NCBI GenBank assembly: GCA_041396685.1
Contig: JAWKYD010000024.1
Coordinates: 10,308-74,307, forward strand
Origin: Burkholderiaceae bacterium
GTDB lineage: Bacteria > Pseudomonadota > Gammaproteobacteria > Burkholderiales > Burkholderiaceae_E
Direction of reading: 5' to 3'
DNA: 64,000 nt
This document shows, piece by piece, positions 57,922 through 64,000 of this stretch (positions within the stretch are counted from its first letter, which is position 1; every line of letters starts with the position of its first letter). The notes below the pieces were generated by a model. That model worked only from the letters and a program-made list of their open reading frames with translations. It was not told the origin of the DNA and made no database searches. The position numbers and the translations under genes are program-made.

Positions 57922-58705
57922 CGCCAGCGCCAGCTGCGAAACCGGCAACGGCCGCCAGCGCCGACCGATCGAGTTCGAGTTGACGCCCGCGCGCGTCCAG
58001 AAAGCGAACCAATCCGGCGCGGCGCATCGACGACATCTGGCGGCTTACCGTCTCGAGCGCGACATCTCCCATCATCGCGCCGAGCTCGCGCCGCGAGCAG
58101 ACATGGGTGACACCGGCGGCGTCCTCGGGAAAGCGCAACAGCAGCCGCGCCAGCCGCTCGCGCACGCTGCCCAGACCGATGTCGACCAACCAGGCATTCG
58201 ACGCCTGCAGTGCACCGTGCCACTTCTCGTGCATGCCCTGCATGAAGCGTGGTGAGCGCCGCTCCAGCTCGCGCAAGGTGGCGATCGGGAGGCGGCAGAC
58301 ACGCGCCGGCGTCAAGGCCACGACACGCGCGTCATAAGCGCCCAGCAAGTAGGCCGGCAAGCCGATCAGGTCACCGGCGAGCATCATGGCCGTGACCCGC
58401 GTGCTACCGCATCGCCCCCAATGCTCGACCTTGAACGCTCCGTCGCGCACGGTGAACAGGTAGTCGGCACGTTCGCCGGCGTGGCAGAGGACGCTGCCGG
58501 CAGCCACCCGGATCTCGTCGATCGGGAAATGTATTGCTTCGAAATCGTGGTCGGACAGATGCGCGAACAGAGCGCTCGCGCGCACCGGGCAATGCTGGCA
58601 GTCCGAGAACCCGGCCCATGCCGTGGGACGGCGTGCACGACGCGCTGCCGGGCGCGAGCCGACCGATGCGGGTTCGATCGCGATTCGTGTCACGGGATTC
58701 AACAT
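57914..58705 (-). CDS. Crp/Fnr-family transcriptional regulator with a partial FNR-like N-terminal Cys motif
   Basis: cNMP-binding-like barrel (GERADYLFTVRDGAFKV). C-terminal HTH (SRRELGAMMGDVALETVSRQMSSMRRAGLV). The N-terminal CQHC aligns with the FNR CxxC, but the third cluster Cys is missing. Confidence 0.82.
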   Translation of the reverse strand: MLNPVTRIAIEPASVGSRPAARRARRPTAWAGFSDCQHCPVRASALFAHLSDHDFEAIHFPIDEIRVAAGSVLCHAGERADYLFTVRDGAFKVEHWGRCGSTRVTAMMLAGDLIGLPAYLLGAYDARVVALTPARVCRLPIATLRELERRSPRFMQGMHEKWHGALQASNAWLVDIGLGSVRERLARLLLRFPEDAAGVTHVCSRRELGAMMGDVALETVSRQMSSMRRAGLVRFLDARGRQLELDRSALAAVAGFAAGAGAT

Positions 58706-58855
58706 CTATCGACTCCTCTGCCGCCCGGATCCGGCTACTGTGACCGGCGGCCCCTGCTTCGCCCACCGATGTCGGAGCGTGGCGCCGGACGATCGATGCG
58801 GCATGATCCGAGACGACCGGGGGCGCCGTCGTGCGCTCCCCGGTCGGAAGCGTCA

Positions 58856-60181
58856 CTACACCAGCATGTCGGCCCAGATGTTCTTGGCCCAGGCGATGCC
58901 GGTGACCCCTTCGAGCTTGTTGCGGGCCGCCGACAGACCACCGGACCCCGGAACCGTCAGGAAGGTGTGCTTGTCGTGATCGAACTGATGCACGGAGGCG
59001 ACGTGCACGACCTCGTCGGGGCTGACGAAGCTGTAGCAGGTGTTGGTGACCACCGGGCTCTGGTTGAGCGGCTTGTCCATCAGTTGCGCGACGATTGCCG
59101 CGGCTGCGACCTTGGCCTGTTGATTGGCCATGTGACCCGACTTCGGCATCTTCGGTGCGACCTGGATCGAGTCACCCAACACGTGGATGTTCTTGGCCGC
59201 CTTGGACTCGAAGGTGAGGAAGTCGACCTCGCACCAGCGATCATTGGCCGTGGCAAGCCCGCTGTCGACCGCGATCTTGCCCGCCCGCATCGGCGGAATG
59301 ACGTTGAGGACATCGGCCTTGAGCGGTTCGCTGATCTCGAACTGCAGTTCACGGGCCGCCGCATCGACGTCGACCACCGTGTGATTGGGACGGTACTCGA
59401 TCATGCCGGTGTACAGATTGTCCCAGGCCTCCTGGAACAGCTTGCCCTTCGAGGTGATGTGCTCGTTGGCATCGAGCACGACGACCTTTGATTTCGGCTT
59501 CTCGCGTTTGAAGTAGGCAGCGACCTGGCAGACGCGCTCATAAGGTCCCGGCGGACACCGGTAAGGCGCGCGCGGAATCGACAGCGCATAGACGCCACCG
59601 TCTGGCATGGCCTCGAGCTGCTTGCGCAAGGCGACGGTCTGCGGGCCGGCCTTCCAGGCATGAAGCACCTGCGCTTGCACGTCGGCATTGGCCAGCGAAC
59701 CCATGCTGCCGTACATGAAGTCGATGCCCGGCGACATCACGAGCCGGTCATAGGCGAGCGTGCTGCCGTCGGCGAGGGTGACGATCCGTTTGTCGGCATC
59801 GATCTTCGTCACCGTCGATTTGACGCGCTTGACACCATGATTTTTTTCGAGGCCGGCATATGAAGTGGTGATGTACTCGATGCTGCGAACGCCGCCGATC
59901 ACGAGATTCGAGATCGGACAGGAGACGAAGCTCTCGTTGGGCTCGACCAGCGTCACGTCGATCGCACCGTCACTCCACATACGGATGTACTTCGCCGCCG
60001 TGGCGCCGCCGAAGCCGCCACCGACGACGACGACCTTACCCTTGCTGCCACCCATTCCACCGACCATCGCCTTGGCCCTGGCGACCCCGGGAACGTCGTC
60101 GAGCGTGGAGCAAGCCGTGACCGCACCGGCCGCGAGAATTGTTCCGGCCGAACCCAGAAATTTGCGTCGATTCGTATTCAT
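58856..60181 (-). CDS. fccB: Flavocytochrome c sulfide dehydrogenase, flavin-binding subunit (FCSD/SoxF-like)
   Basis: Tat motif NRRKFL, FAD fold VVVVGGGFGGATAAKY, the APYRCPPGPYER redox-Cys block, and the C-terminal FCSD domain. The ATG at 60181 is preceded by AAGGAAA. Confidence 0.88.
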   Translation of the reverse strand: MNTNRRKFLGSAGTILAAGAVTACSTLDDVPGVARAKAMVGGMGGSKGKVVVVGGGFGGATAAKYIRMWSDGAIDVTLVEPNESFVSCPISNLVIGGVRSIEYITTSYAGLEKNHGVKRVKSTVTKIDADKRIVTLADGSTLAYDRLVMSPGIDFMYGSMGSLANADVQAQVLHAWKAGPQTVALRKQLEAMPDGGVYALSIPRAPYRCPPGPYERVCQVAAYFKREKPKSKVVVLDANEHITSKGKLFQEAWDNLYTGMIEYRPNHTVVDVDAAARELQFEISEPLKADVLNVIPPMRAGKIAVDSGLATANDRWCEVDFLTFESKAAKNIHVLGDSIQVAPKMPKSGHMANQQAKVAAAAIVAQLMDKPLNQSPVVTNTCYSFVSPDEVVHVASVHQFDHDKHTFLTVPGSGGLSAARNKLEGVTGIAWAKNIWADMLV

Positions 60182-60204
60182 GTCGTTTTCCTTGACCGGG
60201 CCGC

Positions 60205-60522
60205 TCACTTTTGCGCAGCGAAGTAGTCGGCGATGAGCCGGATCTGTTCAGGCGTGAAGCCCTTGGCGATCTGATCCATGATCGTCGCGGACTTCTTTCC
60301 CTCGCTGAACTGAGTCATCGATTTCACGATGCTGTCCGCGGGCAGACCCGCCAAACGCGCACCGTCGCCGATGGCCTTGCCATTGGTGCCATGACAGTTG
60401 GCACAGGTCGCAGCCAGGTAGCGGCCGAGATCGGGGCTGTCGGCAGCATGGGCAGCCCCCAGGCCCATCATCAGTCCGCCGCCAAGCGCGGACGCCAGAA
60501 CGGCTCGTTTCACGAAGCGCAT
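60205..60522 (-). CDS. fccA: Monoheme c-type cytochrome subunit (FccA/SoxE-like)
   Basis: Signal peptide, a single CANCHG heme-binding site, and a distal Met (TIMDQI). AAGGAGGA is the RBS. Confidence 0.85.
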   Translation of the reverse strand: MRFVKRAVLASALGGGLMMGLGAAHAADSPDLGRYLAATCANCHGTNGKAIGDGARLAGLPADSIVKSMTQFSEGKKSATIMDQIAKGFTPEQIRLIADYFAAQK

Positions 60523-60613
60523 CGTTTCCTCCTTGTGGGCCGCGATCTTCGGCGCCCCTGTCGTTTACCCGCCAGGCGGGACCACGGCGCTTGCCGTCGT
60601 GCTCGTTTCAGAA

Positions 60614-60628
60614 GCGAATGCCGTGCCA
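60614..60628 (-). promoter_or_regulatory. Sigma-54 promoter candidate upstream of fccAB
   Basis: The minus strand reads TGGCAC-GGCAT-TCGC, with GG and GC correctly spaced and one mismatch to TTGC. It lies about 80 nt upstream of the fccA ATG. Confidence 0.6.
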
Positions 60629-60712
60629 GCTGTGCGGCACCGTGGCGGCCAAGCTTGTTCCAAGTCAATTCCCGCCGCACTTCGGTGCGACACCCGAGAA
60701 AGCCTGCCAGGA

Positions 60713-60757
60713 TGTCAGGAGTGATACCCTGACATGACCGCCACTATGTCATGTCAG
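60713..60757. promoter_or_regulatory. Nested palindromes: candidate enhancer (UAS) sites for the adjacent sigma-54 activator
   Basis: TGTCAGG-N8-CCTGACA at 60713-60734 overlaps the perfect CTGACATGAC-N9-GTCATGTCAG at 60729-60757. These lie about 85-130 bp upstream of the -24 element and abut the activator's own ATG at 60762. Confidence 0.55.
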
Positions 60758-60761
60758 CGTC

Positions 60762-62234
60762 ATGAGCGAATCTCCGCCGGATGACCGGGCGTCGCGGGCC
60801 CGGGCCGACACACTGACTCAGCTGCTCGAGACCCACGACGAGCCCGCCGTCCTGATCGATGCCGACTATTCCATCGTGGCCATGAACGGCGCCTATGCGG
60901 CGGCCTATGGCCGAGCCGGCGACGATCTGCGTGGCATGAAGTGCCACCGGATTTCGCACCATTCCGAGGTGCCATGCCACGAACGCGGCGAAGACTGCCC
61001 GGTGAAGCGCGTGATGCGCGACGGCCGTCCGGTGGAAACCCTGCATATTCATTTCCACGACGACGAAACGCCCGAACGCGTTCAGGTCAAGGGCTTTCCG
61101 GTCGATGTCGGTGGGCGTCGCCTGTTGCTCGAGCGGGTGCGGCGTCTCGAACCGGACGAGCCGCTGCAGTCGGACGACGGCGAGGAGCTGCTCGGCAGTT
61201 CGCCGGCGATGCTGGCGGCTCTGCAGCGACTGATCCAGGCGGCAGGACTGAGCGGCAGCGTATTGATCCAGGGTGAGAGCGGCGTGGGCAAGGAACTGGC
61301 CGCGCGTTTCGTTCACCGACGATCGTCGCGCTCCGGCGGGCCCTTCGTGACCGCCGACTGCACGGCGATTCCCGAGACGCTGTTCGAGAGCGAACTGTTT
61401 GGTCATGAACGCGGCGCCTTCACCGGCTCGGCACAGCGTCGCATCGGTCTGTTCGAGTCGGCCAGCGACGGCACGCTGTTCCTCGACGAGATCGGCGAAC
61501 TGCCGATGACCATGCAGGCGAAATTGCTGCGGGCCATCGAGAGCGGCGAAATCCGCCGCCTGGGATCGACCCAGACACTGCGTACGCGGGTCCGGATCGT
61601 CGCCGCGACCAACCGCGACCTGCGCGCCATGGTGGCCGCCGGCCAGTTCCGGCTCGATCTCTACTATCGGCTCGCGACCCACGAAGTGACCTTGCCCCCG
61701 CTGCGCGACCGGACCCAGGACATCGCACCGATCTGTCGTCACCTGCTCACCCGCTTCGGTCTGAATCCACCGCCCGTGGTGACCGCGGGCGCGCTCGCGC
61801 GCTTGGCCCGCTACACCTGGCCGGGCAATGTTCGCGAACTGCGCAACGTGCTCGAGCGCACCTTGGCCCATGGTCCGCTGATCGACGAGGCTGCAGTCGA
61901 TCGCCAGTTGTCCGAGCCCCATGCGCAGGTCATCGGCTCACCCTTGCTGCCGACGATGACACCACCACCGGCGACCGGCATGACGATCGTCGATTCCGCC
62001 TGGCCGATGGCCGACGCACGGCAGGGCCGTCCGCCCGACCCCGACGGCCTGCCCGGCGCGGCCCACGCCGAAAGCGCCGCGCTGGACGACGTTCGCCACC
62101 GGCTGCTGATCGAGCAACTCGAGCGCCACCGCGGCAACCGCGCGAGGGTTGCCGAGTCCCTGGGTGTCAGCGAGCGAACCGTGTATCGATGGATTCGTCG
62201 TTACAAGGTCGTCGACGGCGGCGGGAATCCGTAG
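60762..62234 (+). CDS. Sigma-54-dependent transcriptional activator, FisR-like (N-terminal Cys-triad sensor, AAA+, Fis-type HTH)
   Basis: Walker A (GESGVGKE), sigma-54 contact loop GAFTGS, Walker B (LFLDEIGE), and C-terminal HTH (RVAESLGVSERTVYRWIRRY). The sensory domain carries C61-x10-C72-x6-C79. Confidence 0.85.
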   Translation: MSESPPDDRASRARADTLTQLLETHDEPAVLIDADYSIVAMNGAYAAAYGRAGDDLRGMKCHRISHHSEVPCHERGEDCPVKRVMRDGRPVETLHIHFHDDETPERVQVKGFPVDVGGRRLLLERVRRLEPDEPLQSDDGEELLGSSPAMLAALQRLIQAAGLSGSVLIQGESGVGKELAARFVHRRSSRSGGPFVTADCTAIPETLFESELFGHERGAFTGSAQRRIGLFESASDGTLFLDEIGELPMTMQAKLLRAIESGEIRRLGSTQTLRTRVRIVAATNRDLRAMVAAGQFRLDLYYRLATHEVTLPPLRDRTQDIAPICRHLLTRFGLNPPPVVTAGALARLARYTWPGNVRELRNVLERTLAHGPLIDEAAVDRQLSEPHAQVIGSPLLPTMTPPPATGMTIVDSAWPMADARQGRPPDPDGLPGAAHAESAALDDVRHRLLIEQLERHRGNRARVAESLGVSERTVYRWIRRYKVVDGGGNP

Positions 62235-62294
62235 TCGCCGACCCGTCTGCCGGGTTTGCGTCCCCGACACCGCGATCGCGGCCGAGGAACCGCT

Positions 62295-63293
62295 TCAGGT
62301 GGAGACCGGCCTGCCGATCGGCACCGACTGCAGCAGATCGCGCAATGCGAACGCGGCGATCAGCAAACTGACGACCAAGCCGGACAAATCGCGCATCAGC
62401 GCCGAACCGATGTGCAGTCCGCTCGCCACGAGCATGCCGATCAGCAGGTAGCCCGTGCTCCACAGCGCACGCCCGAGCAATGCGCTGGGAATGAAAACCC
62501 TCAGGGGCTGGCGCAGGGATCCCGCCAGCAGATTGACCGCCGAGCTCAAGAACGAGACCAGCGACCGACTGAGCACGATGGCTGCCGGCCCCCAGCGCGC
62601 AAGCGCCCGCCGTGCGCGCTGCAGACGCTCGGCCGACAACCCGATCCAGTGACCGTGGCGCCGCACCACGGGCTCGCCGACCATGGATCCGATCAGGTAT
62701 CCGAACAGATCGCCCAGCACAGATGCGAGCGTCGCGACCATGGCGGCGATCCACGGGTCGAAGCGCCCTTGCCCCGCCAGCACCCCGACCACCATGACCG
62801 ACAAGCCCGACGGCAGAGGCGCGCCCATCGCGCCGAGCATCAGCGACAACGCCAGTACGGGATAGCCGTAGGCGAGGATCCAGCCCACCAGCCAGTCGTC
62901 GACCTCGGCCTGCGCCTGCGCGTCGGTTACCGGCGGCGGTGCCTCGGCCATCTGCCGTGCGAGGATTCCCTGCAGCTCGCGCAACAGGGTGAGCCGGTCC
63001 TGTCCGCGCTCGCCCGCGATCTCGCGCAATGGCAGATCGAGCTGATCGCGGCGGATGCCCAACGGACCGGCAAGAGAGTTGGGCGCCACTTTCGCCAACT
63101 CGGCGACATAGCGGGTGGACATCCAGGCACGCAACTCGCCGACAGCGGGCTCATCCAGCGCGACGGCCGAGCGCAACAACCCGACCCCTCCAAGGACGCG
63201 GGCGCCGAACATCAGCGACGAGACCAGCGCCAGGACCAGCCCGACCCAGGCGATGAATCGGCGCGCGCGACGAGCGGACGATCGGGTCATCAT
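62295..63293 (-). CDS. DedA-family membrane protein with a ~150-aa N-terminal extension
   Basis: GYPVLALSLMLGAMGAPLPSG... and GDLFGYLIG / HGHWIG are DedA (SNARE-associated) blocks. ATGATG at 63293 is preceded by GGGAGGGGG. Confidence 0.8.
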   Translation of the reverse strand: MMTRSSARRARRFIAWVGLVLALVSSLMFGARVLGGVGLLRSAVALDEPAVGELRAWMSTRYVAELAKVAPNSLAGPLGIRRDQLDLPLREIAGERGQDRLTLLRELQGILARQMAEAPPPVTDAQAQAEVDDWLVGWILAYGYPVLALSLMLGAMGAPLPSGLSVMVVGVLAGQGRFDPWIAAMVATLASVLGDLFGYLIGSMVGEPVVRRHGHWIGLSAERLQRARRALARWGPAAIVLSRSLVSFLSSAVNLLAGSLRQPLRVFIPSALLGRALWSTGYLLIGMLVASGLHIGSALMRDLSGLVVSLLIAAFALRDLLQSVPIGRPVST

Positions 63294-63339
63294 GACGCCG
63301 CCCCCTCCCGCAATCGCGGCCTCGGCGCGAGACCGCCGG

Positions 63340-63666
63340 TCAACGGACGGCTGAATACGCGGTGGGCGCGAGAATGGTGTTGACCACCGAGGCGACGATC
63401 GGGCCGTCGGCCTCGCTGGCCGCCCTGGCCTCCAGCCAGGCCGGATCACTCGCAAAAGCGTCCCAGCGCTGTTCGCGCTCGGCCAGGCTCGCCCATTCGA
63501 GGATGTAATAGAGCTCGTGCGTGTTTTCGCCGATGGCGACGGTCCAGAATCCGCGCTGGCGGATGCCGTGTTTCTCGAACAGCTTCAGCGTCACGGTTTC
63601 GAAACGTTTGTGCAGTGCCGGCAGCCGGCCCGGCACGCAACGGTAGACTCTCAATTCGTGCAGCAT
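63340..63666 (-). CDS. NIPSNAP family protein
   Basis: MLHELRVYRCVPGRLPALHKRFE..T..LFEKHGI...GFW is the NIPSNAP dimeric alpha-beta barrel pattern. Product is 108 aa. Confidence 0.8.
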   Translation of the reverse strand: MLHELRVYRCVPGRLPALHKRFETVTLKLFEKHGIRQRGFWTVAIGENTHELYYILEWASLAEREQRWDAFASDPAWLEARAASEADGPIVASVVNTILAPTAYSAVR

Positions 63667-63680
63667 GGGGAACCCCTCTT

Positions 63681-64000
63681 TCAGCGGGCGGCGCTCAGAC
63701 CGGCGTCGACCGCCGCCACGATGGCATCGACATGCTCGTCCGTGATCACGAGCGGCGGGGACAAGATGATGGTCGGCCCGGATACACGGATCATCACACC
63801 GGCCTCGTAAGCGGCCGACTGTACCTTCAAGCCGATGTCGCGATCGACCGGTGCCTTGCTGGCGCGCTCGGCAACCAGTTCGACCGCGGCCATCAGTCCT
63901 TTGCCACGTACATCGCCGACCAGTTCATGACGGGTGGCGAGTTCCTGCAGTCCGGCCAGCAGACGCTCGCCGCGCGCGCCGGCGTTCTGGTGCACGTTCA
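63681..64000 (-). CDS. Class III (omega) aminotransferase, C-terminal fragment (5' end outside window)
   Basis: VGDVRGKGLMAAVELV...GVMIRVSGPTIILSPPLVITDEHVD is a typical C-terminal region of aspartate aminotransferase-family class III enzymes. The ORF is open to the window edge. Confidence 0.8.
   Translation of the reverse strand, partial: NVHQNAGARGERLLAGLQELATRHELVGDVRGKGLMAAVELVAERASKAPVDRDIGLKVQSAAYEAGVMIRVSGPTIILSPPLVITDEHVDAIVAAVDAGLSAAR

Noticed and set aside
1-64000. A window-wide search for mobile elements, prophage genes, tRNA/rRNA genes, CRISPR arrays or defence-system genes.
   Set aside because: No integrase, transposase or recombinase motif was seen. No T-loop GGTTCGAAT-type sequence occurs outside CDSs, and there are no spaced repeats. 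GC content is uniform except in short promoter regions. The region reads as core chromosome.

Overview
GC-rich (about two-thirds G+C) proteobacterial chromosomal segment, probably from a gammaproteobacterium. It is densely packed with about 60 protein genes on both strands. I found no rRNA, tRNA, CRISPR array, integrase or transposase.

Most content is housekeeping or catabolic:
- alaS and glnS.
- A CoA-transferase/HAD/GGT operon.
- ogt, allA, argE and pdxH.
- An orphan ccmF.
- A glycerol regulon: glpR and glpD lie divergent from an ABC-type glycerol importer plus glpK.
- A kynurenine cluster (kynU, kynA) paired with an aminobenzoyl-CoA monooxygenase/reductase-type flavoprotein, a thioesterase, RidA and gcdH.
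- An otnK/otnC acid-sugar module with a TRAP transporter.
- A flavocytochrome c sulfide dehydrogenase (fccAB) next to a FisR-like sigma-54 activator.

The many long ORFs in the six-frame track that run antisense to these genes are high-GC artefacts.

Most notable observations:
1. One uninterrupted 906-codon ORF encodes a secreted S8 subtilase with Ig-like domains. It is followed by a GlyGly-CTERM-type sorting signal and then, in the same frame, a rhombosortase-like rhomboid protease with intact catalytic motifs. This is an apparent substrate-sortase fusion.
2. An orphan intergenic consensus sigma-54 promoter is followed about 113 nt later by a strong intrinsic terminator, giving a candidate sigma-54-dependent sRNA.
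3. A 15-bp x 9 in-frame tandem repeat (HALDG)n lies inside ogt.
4. A sigma-54 promoter and nested palindromic upstream sites sit between fccAB and the Cys-triad activator.

All family assignments rest on motifs read by eye; no searches were run.
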